DNA of 63,462 nucleotides, filler included, from Stramenopiles sp. TOSAG23-3 (Eukaryota), in the NCBI GenBank assembly GCA_900128585.1. It is 9 parts of 9 records of this genome, joined end to end, with 100 filler letters (N's around TTAATTAATTAA, not from the genome) between each part and the next. Parts side by side here need not be neighbours in the genome. Positions count along the whole stretch, not along the records: positions 19,558 to 29,223 come from LT642894.1; positions 29,324 to 38,982 come from LT642895.1; 7 more parts are not named here. One strand, 5' to 3'. Under the pieces are notes generated by a model, which worked only from the letters and a program-made list of their open reading frames with translations, did not search any database and was not told where the DNA came from. Each line of letters starts with the position of its first letter. Position 1 is the stretch's first letter. This document shows, piece after piece, positions 21,059 to 33,713 of this stretch. A program made the translations under genes and the position numbers.

Positions 21059-22759
21059 TTAACGCAGGGAGTACACGCTGCGCACGAACACCCTTTCGCA
21101 CGTATCGTCGTCAAACATCATGACAGTGAAGTCAGGGTTGACTTCTGCGATCTTTTTCAACCATTCCATGCACGCCCCGCACGGCGCCAGGGGGTTCAGT
21201 CTATTTTTCTGACCAGTCGCTGCCCTGCCCTGCAGGTCGACGCTGAGCACGGCAACGTGCAAAATATCCGACCGTTTCAAGCATGGGTTGGAGGCAAGGG
21301 CTTGGCCAATTGCATTCCGTTCGCTGCACAACGACCCAGTGGGCATAGACACTTCAGAGTTTATGCCATGAACAAACTTGTAGCCCCGCCCGGCCTCCCC
21401 CCCGTCGCCATTTTCCACCCGGACCATTAGGGTGGACAAGACTGGCTTTCTGGTTTTACGGAGCCAAAACGACTCCAGCTCGTTCTGCGTGCCTTTCTTG
21501 TCCCGTGCGACCTCAAACCGTTCTTTGTACTCGATCATGGCCTTCAGTAGGGCCGCATGCTCCGCCGACAGGTCGTTGCTGGTCACTGGCGGGCGGGTTT
21601 CCCAGTCCTCGAACGTCTGCGTGTCGACGTCCCTCTCGCTGACCGTGCGCGCGTGCCAGAAAGCCTTTAGCTGCCACATGTGCAAAAACATGGGCTTGTA
21701 GTTTCTCAGAGAAGCCGAGACGGCCGCAAGGCGGGCTGGGGTCCCGTCCGTCAGTGCTATTGCTATTCTAAAGTACGACTCCCAGTCCCCGCCGTGGCGC
21801 TTGGACAGGGACCGACGGTGGCAGTCTATGAGCGGGCGAAGCTGCGTGTTTACGAAGTTGACGTTGTGGCTACCGCGAAAGACGCCGGGGCCACTGTGGA
21901 CGGTGTGGGGGACCACGTGGTGGTAATACTTCGACACGAAGGCGGCCAGAATCTTCGCCGCGGCCAAAGTAGAATTCCCCATTTTCGAATGAAACGGGTT
22001 CCGGGGACTCCCGCTCCCGCTGGTGAAATACACGGCAGTGTACGTGTTCCTTATCGGCACGTTGATGGTGGCAAGCTGGCCCGCGGGCATGGGACTGAGA
22101 GGATCTTCCCCCGTGATCTCGATCGGCAGGGTCGGCGTTGGGCGCCGTCTGGGAGACGACGCGGTGGTGGTGAAAACGCTCGGGGACGGGATTGCAATCC
22201 GCGCCGCGTCAGCCCCCTTCAGCAGTTTTCGTTGCGCCAGGCCCTTGCCGGGTGACACCGATTCAGCCTTGCGCTTCAGCCCCCCCGCCGGCTGCTCCGG
22301 CGACTGCCTCGGGCTGGGCCGGAACGACATTGGTACTACGGTCAAGCTTTTCAGCCAGACCGGCATCATCACGCACATAAGGGGGAGAAACACGTGCGTA
22401 ATGATAGGCGGGGACTCGAGGTCGACTTCCGAAGCGTTGCGAAGTCGGAAATCGTCCCACGTTTTCCACGTCACTGGGAATGCGGAGATGTCAAAACCGA
22501 TACACCGCCCGTGCCCTTCCATAGAGGTCACCTTGACGGCCACGACGTCGGCCGCGTGTTCGTGCAGCACGTCGTACACCGCTTGGGTGAGCCCCAAAAA
22601 TTTGCTAAACGTGGAGCGCGCAAGACTCTCCCTGACGTTTACGCTCGGGGCAGGCTTCACCCCGAACACTATATCCGTGTGCGTCACGTTGTACACCAAG
22701 ACGCTGACAAACTCCGCCTCCGAGTGCAGGCTAGCGGTGGCCACACTGCGGCTTTCCAT
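21059..22759 (-). CDS. Protein with a C-terminal cytidine deaminase (zinc) domain
   Basis: GINSEVS..GSLCSERNAIG and PCGACMEWL match the CxE...PCxxC signature. Confidence 0.8.
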   Translation of the reverse strand: MESRSVATASLHSEAEFVSVLVYNVTHTDIVFGVKPAPSVNVRESLARSTFSKFLGLTQAVYDVLHEHAADVVAVKVTSMEGHGRCIGFDISAFPVTWKTWDDFRLRNASEVDLESPPIITHVFLPLMCVMMPVWLKSLTVVPMSFRPSPRQSPEQPAGGLKRKAESVSPGKGLAQRKLLKGADAARIAIPSPSVFTTTASSPRRRPTPTLPIEITGEDPLSPMPAGQLATINVPIRNTYTAVYFTSGSGSPRNPFHSKMGNSTLAAAKILAAFVSKYYHHVVPHTVHSGPGVFRGSHNVNFVNTQLRPLIDCHRRSLSKRHGGDWESYFRIAIALTDGTPARLAAVSASLRNYKPMFLHMWQLKAFWHARTVSERDVDTQTFEDWETRPPVTSNDLSAEHAALLKAMIEYKERFEVARDKKGTQNELESFWLRKTRKPVLSTLMVRVENGDGGEAGRGYKFVHGINSEVSMPTGSLCSERNAIGQALASNPCLKRSDILHVAVLSVDLQGRAATGQKNRLNPLAPCGACMEWLKKIAEVNPDFTVMMFDDDTCERVFVRSVYSLR

Positions 22760-24151
22760 ACTGCTTTGGGCGCCGACGCTACTACGGTAGGTGCAACTTG
22801 GGAAGATTGTTCCAATTGAATTTATAAGAAGAAAAAAGAAGAACTGCGCTGCCGGCCGATTGGTTGCAAGACTTTCCCCATGGCAATTAAAGTTTTCTTT
22901 TTCTTCGATTCAACGATCGATGGAAGGATTATAAATGTTAATACATATTATTATTATAATTTTAATGATTATTTTAATAATATTATTAATAGTTGTTTGT
23001 CTAGTTAGAGTTAGTCTATCTAGTTTTAGTATTTATTTATAATAAAATATATCTTTGATTCGTCGTGTCGGATTCGATATTGTAGGAAATCTATAATAAA
23101 AATATCTAAATAAATCATGATGATGATGCTGTGCAATGTAAACTATTATCCAATTATAGACTAATATAGATACAACAAGAGGAGAACAGTATTGTTTTTT
23201 GTTTTTTAATTATTGTTGTGTTGTTGTGTGTTGGTTGTACTACTAACTAATAACTACTACGATACTTTCTTCTTTTTTTTTCGCAATTTTTTTATCATTA
23301 CCTCGATTACACTCTGTGAAGGAATTAATATCGTTAAAAATCAAATGATCATTACAGTCACATAATCTCATTTCCATTTTCCCAGCAGGAACAAAAATAC
23401 ACTAAGGCACCAACAAATGTTATTTTTTTGCCTTTTCCTGCTTTTGTAAATACGCACGCGATCGGCAAGAATGGTCATATTTAGATACTTCACAACATAA
23501 CTATGGAGCTTCATCTCCAAAAATTGTTGATTTGTTGACATTGGCAAGGACGACCGACCGGGACGGTGTAAAAGACATGGTGCAAAGCCGCCTGCGAATG
23601 TCATCGGACCCCACGCTTCAAAACCTCGAGATGCTGAAAAGTAACACATTTAACGACGAGGAGCAGCTCATTTTCAACAAGAAAGGGCTTCCTAATTTGA
23701 ATTTGTTGGGGCGAGACCGTGAATCCCTGCTTATATCGGGGGACAACAGGCTGTACTCCGGCTGAATCAAGCGCCTGTGCAATCAAATCATCACCGACCT
23801 TTGCTCTTCGGATACAGAAGCGTAGTTTCGACGGGGAGATACCCTTATCGCGTGCAGTGCGTCTGCTGTGTTTCAAGTTTAACGCCTAGAACAAGCGTGT
23901 CTCCTGGTTTGATAGTCTCGTCGGATTCATTAATGAGTGTAGATACACCTCCAACTTGAGCAACGAATCCTTATTCGGAATATGCTCTGGAAGGCCACAA
24001 GAGTAGAGTTAAGTTCGCAGTACATGAAGGAACGTAAACCTTTAATGGACAACAGGAGCAGATTCATTTTCGCGGTACATGAGGCCTTCGGCGCAATCGT
24101 TGTCCCTTTACCGCGGCCGATTGTTGCCTAGACTTCAATTGAAATACGAGC

Positions 24152-24544
24152 ATGAGTGCTCCTTTGGTTTATTCGCCAGTTCGGCCGTCCACGCCCAACG
24201 CAGTTTGGAACCGGCTTCACCAGCATGCCCGTACAAAAAGGGCAAAGATCATTCAAAATGAACACCGTCGGCCAAAGCATTGCTCGTTTCAGCCAAAATT
24301 AGTTTCAAAGCAGTCCCGGGCGCAGTCGGCGACAACAAGCAAGTCAAAAAACGAGCCTGGCACGTTCGCGAGACTGTATGGCCGCGCGCGTAAAATCGAA
24401 AAGAAGAAGCTGGATGTGCTGAAACGAAGAGACGAACGGAATCCCAGAGGGTGTACCTTTAGGCCATATATAAACCATAGACAGGTGGACACGATCTGTT
24501 TTATTCGTATTTGTATAAAAAATACACTGTCACAGAAGGTATAA
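24152..24544 (+). CDS. Small protein or exon with two RL(H/Y)...C(S/T)FxP repeats; gene structure uncertain
   Basis: WNRLHQHA...CSFQPKL and FARLYGRA...CTFRPYIN, a repeat type common in protist cytoskeletal proteins. Confidence 0.5.
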   Translation: MSAPLVYSPVRPSTPNAVWNRLHQHARTKRAKIIQNEHRRPKHCSFQPKLVSKQSRAQSATTSKSKNEPGTFARLYGRARKIEKKKLDVLKRRDERNPRGCTFRPYINHRQVDTICFIRICIKNTLSQKV

Positions 24545-24863
24545 TACAAAGTAAAAATAGACGACAGCAAAGCATTAATAAGACCGACTGGAAAATTAAT
24601 AGAGACTACCTCCCACCTCCTCCTTTCGAACAGAATAATGGAAAAACAAAGAAAAAATAAAACACACGACTGGACGATCGGCGTTGTTTTTTTTTAAGTA
24701 AAATGTGATGATAGACACCTGTTCAACAAAGTGGTCAGTGTCCTTGGCGCGAAAAAAAATCCTTTGCTATTGACGGCGTAATTTCACAATCAACACTATG
24801 AGATATATAGACTAATAAAAATTGCTATAATAAAGATTTATTTTTATTATACAATTTTCGTTT

Positions 24864-27800
24864 TCAACACGCGCCTGCATTACCATGCCATGTGCTCAAT
24901 AATCTTCTTCTTTTGCTCGAACCAACGTTTGCTTCCTTCAGTTCGTATTGCACGTAAGAGCCAACGGCGCGAAAGACGATCGATTTCCCATCATTTCCTT
25001 GAAATTCGACAAAATCCTTCACACTAGCTAAATACCGGATGCACGAACACAGATTCTCACTCCCTTTAACGCAATTGAATTTGTATCTATCACCTTCAAC
25101 TTGTATCCCTTTAAAAATGTCTTTCCCTTGTATTCCATTGCATCCTCCTGTGACAGATTTTTTGAATCCTTCAAGTGGATCAAGCAATTCAATAAGCGAG
25201 GTAACGCTGGATAACGTTTCGTTGCGTATTGGCTCACGCCCCTCGTTCACATGCTCTCCAATCCTTACAAAATTATCCTTGGTTAAGCTCGTGAACTGGG
25301 TACCTTCCAGAACAAACTCGTCGATTTCCCACTGAAAACGTGAACCGCGAATGGTCATCTTATACGCCAGAGGGCGCTTCGTGAGATGATGGTCCAAGGG
25401 CTCCAGGGAACTTCCGCATGCTTGGTTACTCTGGCATGCCACATAGTCTTTTGTGTCTCTGCAACAGTTGCTTTTGTCCACGTATACTTGTACGCGTACA
25501 GCAGTAAGTGGCAGATACATTTTGTTTCCACAATTGGGCAGCTCCGATCGAAGATAAGTATTTGGGTCGGTTTTGTCTAATTGGATGACCATAGCCCACT
25601 CTTTTTCGCGTTTAACGTTCGTAACGTTCCACACATTCATGTCGATTTCTTGAATGGAAATATCACTAGGTCGAAACACCGGTGCTGGGCATCCGTCCAC
25701 TACACTAAAGCGAGCGTATTGAGTTAGTGCGGTAATGAACTTTGTAAAACTTTTGCCGCGCCCGAAATCCTGTTCTTCCAAGAAGGCGAATGCATAATTT
25801 TGTACATCGCTGTCACTCAAGTCAAAACTGTACTCCTGGCAAAAATGTTCTTGGAGGCCGGGTAATTTTGCATCGTCCATACGGACCCAATCGGTATTCG
25901 TTTGGCACAACCGTGCATTTTGCTTCTTTTCTTCCTTATTCTTTTTCGCTTTGTTTTTCACTAATTCATCTACTTTCTTTTGGATTCTTTCCATTTTATC
26001 ACCCAGCTTTATGTGATTCTCTGTTAGTGGGGCAACTTGCATTTTCAGACCCGCGACATTTTCGTTTACCGCATGGTATGTTTCCTCCAATTTTTTCGTT
26101 TTGTCAAAGTATGTCTTTTTCATTTTCAGCACCACTTTAAGATTAGACCCTGCGATTGGCCCTGCGGCCAAAGCTCTCTCCTCCATTCGTTTGTTCGCGT
26201 CACCCAGCAATCGCCTTCGCGTTGTGCGCAATTCCGTCAATGCTTTTAAGTCGTAATCCTCGAACAAGCTTTCCAACTCATTGTGGTAGGATGACATCAT
26301 ATGACCGTATGCATAAAACAACTCACAAACTTTCGTGCTTTTATCCGCAGGGGATACGAAGACGCGCGGCCCACAAAGATTGATATTTTCAAACGTCATG
26401 GCGATCCGCTTTTTAAGCTTCTTCAAACGAGCTTGATTGATACTATCAACATTGTCCTTCAAATGCTTCAGAAGTTTAACCATACCTTCGTAGATGTATC
26501 CATTAGAACGCTTGTTACCCTTTTTGTGGTGGCCTAAAAGATCTTCTATTTCCGCGTACAAAGCATGTTTCTCTACATTTCCACCCTGCGCCCCGGCAAA
26601 CGGCACAGTGTTTTCGCGTTTTACTCCTACTCCTTTGGGATTATCGCAGTAGTCTCCCCTCGCTGCACAGCAGATATTAGGCCACACCTTTCGCAAGTCA
26701 AGGTGGTAAATACCACGATTTGACAGCACTTTTTGGAAGTTAGGACGAAAATTGCAAAATGCACTGACAATGCGATCCCGATTTTGGAGCAGGCATGACT
26801 TATCATCAGTTTCATCCTTCACAGGTACGCCTGGTACTGTGAGGATGCCAGGCTGGTACTCGTCTGCGTGCTTTGAATACGGTCTTCGCTCACGCTCACA
26901 GTACTCACGCTCAGCAGTATCAATGGCATGTAAACGATCCAATTGAGCCTTGTTGTATATATTTCGAACGTCTTGCACCGCGAACATACGGCGTAAGTTC
27001 ATACGCGACGCTTCCGACATTTCAACCTGCTCCGTAACATATTTTATTGACTTCTGTATCGCGGCTGTCTCATCTATAATAGCTTGAGTATGAGAGGGAA
27101 TTTTACAGTCGTCTTTAGATCCAGAACCTTCCTTTGAAATTAGCCCATTTAGACATTTATAGCACCATCCACTGTTTCCACCTGTACCATAATGATCTGG
27201 TGGACACACCTTGCATTCACTCGTTTTTCTATCGAACTTATAACCTTTTGGGCAAGCTTCCAAGCATTGTGTTCGCAGTATGACATTTCCTTTCGATTCG
27301 ATTTTTATGCGATTCTTTTTAGTTTGTCTATTAAGTACTGCGACGCTAACTCCACACAAAGGTACAGTAGGCTCACCGTTCTGGTTTTGGTGTCTGCCGA
27401 TGAACAATTTATGCGTTCCCTGGTTTTGCTTGGTAAACCTTAATCTTTTGGAAAATGAGATAGATTGTTCCTCTTGTTTCCCCGTTATTTTAGTAGATGT
27501 GGAGGTTGGAGGTTTATCCCAACTGACGTATGTCACACTATCAGGATCAGCTTTTGGGAATTTTATGGTTGATATCACCGTTTCAGGAAAGCAACTCAAC
27601 TCTTCTTTTTTTCTATATTTTTTCCCGAGCCCCAACACGCGCCGGGGGACGCGGCGGATATTTTGGAGTAATTTTCGTCCTTTCCGATTTCGTTTCCGGC
27701 GTTTTCGGGGTTTCCGGCGTTTTCGGCGTGCCCGTCGCCCTTGCTTTTGGCGTGCCCGTTGCATCTTTACCCGTTGCATAGGGGAATATTTTTTTGCAAC

Positions 27801-29223
27801 CACTTTTTTGCACCCATCAGCAGTAGTAAGGTTTTTGAATTCGTATATTGCTACTTCTTTCATACTTACCGCATTTTCCCCAGAAGGGCAACGGGTGTTA
27901 GTTCTGTCAAGTGATTCAAAGTTTTCTGCCTTATCGGCCGCTTTCGTCTTCACTGACCTCCCACATCCAGTGCATTCTTCGCCGTTAGTACTAAATGTAC
28001 CTACTGGGCACTGCGAGCACGTTCCCTCGGTGGTAATTTCGTGCCCATAGCCTGGGCCCTCTTTACAAACTTGGCACTTGTCTTGTCCCTTTAATCCTCT
28101 CGTTGTCGGGGTTTGAGCTGGGCATGGAATGCAACCAATTACCGGGTGATTACTGTATGCATTCACGGGGCATTCTGCGCATATTTGTTTTATGACCTTT
28201 CCATCATCAGGCAATCCCATTATTTTTACTATTGAACCATAGTGTATCCTATCGGATAACATCTTTTCCCCACCTATGTCAAAGTGTCCACTGGCGGCAA
28301 AATCCCCACCCCCGTTTCCTTTCAGTGGATAAAACATGGCCCAGTCGTAATGATCACCTGAGCCATCACCCACCCCAATCCGCAAGCTCGTGACACTTGC
28401 TTTGATATCGCTGCCAACCACTTTGTCTGGAACTCCAGAGACGATACACCCGCCGTTCCAGGCAGAGCTACCATCATTGTTCAGGGAGTGAACGTGGGGA
28501 CACGCACGAACTATTTGTAGGAGAGTTTTGCCTCGATGCTCATCATTTAACGTATATTCTACCGAATTTTTTGATCCCCATTCTAGCTTAACTTTCATTA
28601 ATCCCATGTTGTCGTAGTCTTTCCGCTTCCCATGATCTTGCCCACTGGCATGTTCACCTGTGTCCTTTCTCCACCCCTGCCACTTGTTTTTAAAATACGG
28701 GGATGTTCCTGGGGCTACAAACAGTTCTTTCCACACAGCTGTACTTATGGCCTGCCATCTTGTACCAGCCGTGCAGTTTTTGCATGGACTGTCACCACCA
28801 CGACTACTTTCACCCTTCTGGCATTTTCTGCATGTTCCATTCTTCGTCTTGGAAAACCCAATGTTGCACCCACAATTGGATAGGCTCGCTGCACCGCGTT
28901 GTCCAAGCGTTCCTTGCGTAAGAGGACATGCTTGGCATGATGACTGCCCACCTGTGCCAAACGAATCTTCAGCGCACTCAACACACCGATTTTCCCCGTT
29001 CTTCACCTCCATACCGGATCCCTTCTCACATGCATTGACGCAACTGGTTCGAATCTCATTATCGCCTTTCCTTTCGATTTTCACTACGGTGCCATTCTTA
29101 CTGATCCTAACCTTTTTATCTCCTTTTGCTGATTGTGTTGCGTTAGCCTTCCCACAGAACCTACATCCTTCGCCCTTCCTACTAAACATCCCGGAAGGGC
29201 ATGCCAGACAAGACCCGTCCTTT
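24864..29223 (-). CDS. Large cysteine-rich (ephrin-receptor-like/GCC2-GCC3 repeats) extracellular protein, 5'-truncated, with RRRLL motifs
   Basis: Repeated C..CP.G.FS motifs, a coiled coil, and C-terminus KRRRLLSTWHGNAGAC; ORF open to the contig edge. Confidence 0.8.
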
Positions 29224-29869
29224 NNNNNNNNNNNNNNNNNNNNNNNNNNNNNNNNNNNNNNNNNNNNTTAATTAATTAANNNNNNNNNNNNNNNNNNNNN
29301 NNNNNNNNNNNNNNNNNNNNNNNTTCTTCTTCTTCTTCTTCTTCTTCTTCTTCTTCTTCTTCTTCTTCTTCTTCTTCTTCTTCTTCTTCTTCTTTTTTTT
29401 CCTATTTTTTATTTAGACGACTTTTATTCTAGTAGTCGTCGTCTAGCTTATTTACGTTTATTAAATAACACTACGGGATATATGTATATATAATAGTACG
29501 TTTTAATAGGGAAAAGAAGAAGAGTAGAAGAAAAAAATAATAAATGCGCGAAAAAAAATAAGAAAAGAAGAAGAAGAAGAAGAAAAAAAAAGAAGAAGAT
29601 AGAAGAAGAACGAACAAGCCTTCCTTCCAACAAATTGGATTTTGTAAGGGATGGATCAGATTGATCGTTAAGGAAGGGGGGAAGGAACGAATGGGAGAAA
29701 ATGTTAAGGAAAAGAGGCTTTTAATAAAAGGAACGACGGCGACCATTCGACGTGATTGTATTTTTGTACACACAAACTTGGGGTTGCACAAGTACGCTGC
29801 CGCCAGGGCTGTGCGTCTTCTATCGACCGTTTGAGCGCTTGGTTTTTTGTTTGCTGGTGTTGTTTTGAC

Positions 29870-31715
29870 AGTACGTACCACCCTTCTACTCCACGCTCTT
29901 TCCGTTTATTCTGATGGTTTCTTACCTAACACTTGCGTATTTTTCCTACTAGTGTGTGGCATTGCTGCACAATTTAGCGAGGACCACAGTCCCACTGCTG
30001 GTACTGAAACGGATGTTGTGGATGAACCTTCCACCGCCGACTCTTCGCTCCTTTCCAGAAGAGGCCCGGATCGGGGGCACAGTGTCAGCCGCATCATTCG
30101 GACCTCGGATCGTGCGTTAAAAATAAAGTTTTGGGGGACTGTGCTTCACCTGCGGGGAGAAACAATACAGGAGCAACCCGTCTTTGATGAGGCTGGCAAC
30201 ATTTTCTGCTGGAATGGCGAAGTGTTTGGTGGCTCCCCGACCGTCCCCCTCGATAGGAGCGACACCCGCTGTGTGTTCGACAGCCTCGTGTCGTGCGCTG
30301 CCGACGGGAATGGCGCGGAGAGGTTGGTAGACGTAATGTCCAATGTTCAAGGTCCATGGTCCTTTTTGTTTTGGGACTCTTGCACGTCTAGGTTGTGGTG
30401 GGGAAGGGACAATCAAGGGCGTCGAAGCCTGCTGGTTTCATCGGACCCGGGGCCAGGTCACAAGCGTCTGACTGTGTCGTCCGTGCCCTTCTTGGGCGGG
30501 GCAGGCGCGGGGGCGGGGCAAACGTGGGCCGAGGTTCCAACGACTGGCTTGTTCTGTGCGCATTGGAGCCCAGACGAGGGGGGCGTTGTAAGGGTCACTG
30601 AACACCCGTGGCGCCAGAGCCAAAGAACGTACTCTTTGATGAAGAATAGACTGATGATTTCCCCGGAAGACGGTGCTGCAAAACAGACCATTGGTTCGGG
30701 GGACGGCAGCATGGAGGATTGCGTAGATTCCTTTCTGAGGCATTTGGACATGGCCACAGCGGCCCGTTTGCCCCATTCCCCAAAGGACAAAAGCGTTGCG
30801 GTGCTATTCTCGGGGGGATTAGACTGTACTGTCGTCGCGGCATTGCTTCATCGCAATCTTCCGGCTGCGTATGAAATCGAACTACTGAACGCGTGCTTCG
30901 ATCCTAAGCATAAATCACCAGACAGGCTCACTGCGCTGGGGAGCTACCGCGATTTGTTGAAGGTCTTTCCCACCAGGGCATGGCGCTTTGTGCAAGTCGA
31001 TGTTCCGGTCGAAGAAGTGATTCAGTGGCAAGACCATGTGCTGCAGCTGCTCTGTCCCATGGAGACGCAGATGGATTTTAATATTGGTGCAGCGCTTTGG
31101 TTTGCATCCCGTGGAGAAGGGATGGCGTTCGAAAGCGGTGCGGCCTGTACGTGTGATCCGAACCGTGCCCCGCAGCGCTACCCGTGCAATTTTGACGACT
31201 GCTCGTTCGTGGCGCATTGCCAGGCCTACCGTAGCCAAGCAAGAATTGTTTTCACGGGAATAGGCGCCGACGAGCAGCTTGGAGGGTATGCGCGGCACCA
31301 TAGTGCATTTCACAAGTATGGGGGGTGGGAGAGACTGAATGAAGAGTTGGTAAAAGATACTGAAAGGCTATGGGTACGAAATCATGGCCGGGATGATCGC
31401 TGTATTTCGGACCATGGGAAAGAGCCACGTTACCCCTTCCTCGACGAAAATGTCGTCAAGAAGCTGGCGTCTTTCCCACTCTGGGTGCTCACGGACCCGA
31501 GAATGGAGAGAGGCTTTGGGGACAAACTCATCCTTAGAAACGTGGCAAGAAAGCTGAAGCTAGAGCACTGTGTTAGTCTGCCGAAAAGGGCCATTCAATT
31601 TGGATCGCGCATCGCCAAACAGTCGGCACGGCGGACCCGCCGGGGGGGGGCAGGGACCAGGCACGTCAAAGGCACGGACCGGTTTGAGACAAGCACCGCC
31701 GGCCAAGAAAAGTAA
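29870..31715 (+). CDS. ASNSD1: Asparagine synthetase domain-containing protein 1; ATG split by intron 29871-29952
   Basis: Spliced MCGI N-terminus, RRGPD, WNGEVF, GRD..GRRSLL, LFSGGLDC, GIGADEQLGGYARH, GRDDR and KRAIQFGSR. Confidence 0.9.
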
Positions 31716-31834
31716 AAGCAAAGCGCAGAAAGATGGAGACGGTTGGTTTGACTTTTTTGTGTCTTCTTAAGCACATGCGTGAGTGAAACTGGTTAATTGT
31801 AAGAATTAAAACACGTTGCAAATTTATCCTAAAA

Positions 31835-32587
31835 TTAAGAAATAACGCACGCGTTATGTTTTTTACCCCCTGTCCGTCTGCGACTAGGATCCCGGCTTCC
31901 ATCGACGACACTTCTGTACGTCTGTATGGTTTCTGCTGCGGGCATTGGCGAAGAAGGGTTCGAGGAAAGCGGTGCACCACTCGTTTCGGCATGGGCATGC
32001 TCTTTACTTGCTTTTCCAGATGAATCGTTCGATGAAATGTGCGACAGGTTTGCATGCTCATCAAAGTGTAAACCCTTTGTAAAACTGCTCGTTAAGATTT
32101 CTTTAAACAACGAGGTAACGCTCCCGACGTCCTCCTTCGAACTTACCGTGTAAAAAGGAAGGCCAAGGCGCGACGCCTTCTCTTTCAGGCTTTCTAGCGG
32201 CACTACCATGTCTTCCTCCCCAAGATCGGATTTTGTCTGTACAATAGCCATGGGAATATCCCCCCGGGCATCTTCTACGCGCTGTTTCCAAGAACCTAGG
32301 GCCTCAAAAGACTCACTATCGTCGGGAGAAAATACAAGCAAAGCGCCGCCAGTGCCGTTCAACACTTCCGCTTGGACACCGCTGCCAGCGACGTCATACA
32401 CCATGGCGTTTATTGTATCTCCAACTTCGCCGAGGAATATGTTTCGCTTTTCTAAATATTTACAGCCTATGGTTTTCACGTACTCACCATCATACACACC
32501 TTTACAAAAAACTTTTGACAGACAACTTTTCCCGACTTTACAGTTTCCCAGCACTACCACTTTGATAGTAACTTCAAAGTCTTCCAT
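31835..32587 (-). CDS. RAB23: Divergent Rab23-like small GTPase
   Basis: MEDFEVTIKVVVLGNCKVGKS..FCKG.Y..EY.KTIG and C-terminal PSRRRTGGKK..CVIS; G3 and G4 motifs altered. Confidence 0.7.
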   Translation of the reverse strand: MEDFEVTIKVVVLGNCKVGKSCLSKVFCKGVYDGEYVKTIGCKYLEKRNIFLGEVGDTINAMVYDVAGSGVQAEVLNGTGGALLVFSPDDSESFEALGSWKQRVEDARGDIPMAIVQTKSDLGEEDMVVPLESLKEKASRLGLPFYTVSSKEDVGSVTSLFKEILTSSFTKGLHFDEHANLSHISSNDSSGKASKEHAHAETSGAPLSSNPSSPMPAAETIQTYRSVVDGSRDPSRRRTGGKKHNACVIS

Positions 32588-33713
32588 GACCGCAAGTTCT
32601 TCCCACGCAAATTGGCAAGCAACAAGGCCACCAAACGCCTTCTTCTCCAAACCTTCACGTCGTACCAACACCCCCCGCGTGAATCAATCAACTACCGTGA
32701 AATCCTTTTATACACAAATCGTTCCGTTTGTTCCTTCAATCGTTTTTCTCAAATATTTACTTCTTCATTATTTCTGTAGTAGTTTTTTTGTCTTCTGAAT
32801 GAATATAATTCCACCAAACCGCATTTCGACTATTTTTTTTTAATTGTCGGTCTTCTTCTTCTATTATCATCATCATCATAAAATAATAATAAAAAATAAT
32901 CTTCTTCTATCTTCTTCTTCTTCTTCTTCATCTTCTTCTTTCTTCTTCTTCTTCTTCCATTAATATACATACTACACTTTTCTTCTTTTTTTCTTCTTTT
33001 TTTCTTCTTCTTGTTTTTTCTTCTTTTTTTCTTCTTCTTTTTTTTTCTTCTTTTTTTCTTCTTTTCTTCTTTTCTTTTCTTTTCTTTTCTTTTCTTTTCT
33101 TTTCTTTCTTTCTTTCTCTTTTTTTCTTTTCTTTTTTTCTTCTTTTCTTTTCTTTTTTTCTTCTTTTCTTCTTTTCTTTTTTTCTTTTCTTTCTCTTTCT
33201 CTTTCTCTTTTCTTTTCTTTTCTTTTCTTCTTTTCTTTTCTTCTTTCTTTTCTTTTCTTTTCTTTTCTTTTCTTTTATTAGTCGTCTATTAGTACTACCG
33301 GTACCGGTATAGCCTAATATTAATAATATAAAAATATAAATAACCTACCTTCGTTTTTTTTTTTTTTTTGAAATTTAATAAAATAAAAAACAAAATTTAT
33401 GATGCTATTCTGATGTATAAAATATTATATTATTTTTTTTGAAATTATTTTTTATTATTGTTTTTGTTGTTGTGTGTTATTAATAGTAGGGTAGTGGTAT
33501 AACAAGTGGTGGTAGATTGATTACTACAATAAAATACAGATTATGGAACGAACAACAAAGACCACAACGATGAGTCACACTTAAATATGTTGTTACTAGA
33601 CAAAGGATAAATGAATGATGGCTGGTGCAATTAATCGAGCAGAACGCGCCTTTGTGGGACATACATGAACTGATCGTCACTGGGTTGTATTTTGGGTTTA
33701 ACTGTTGTTACAT

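Noticed and set aside
33011-33292. Phe/Ser-rich ORF (and similar ORFs at 3577, 29448, 41477, 48331)
   Set aside because: Translations of low-complexity purine/pyrimidine tracts.
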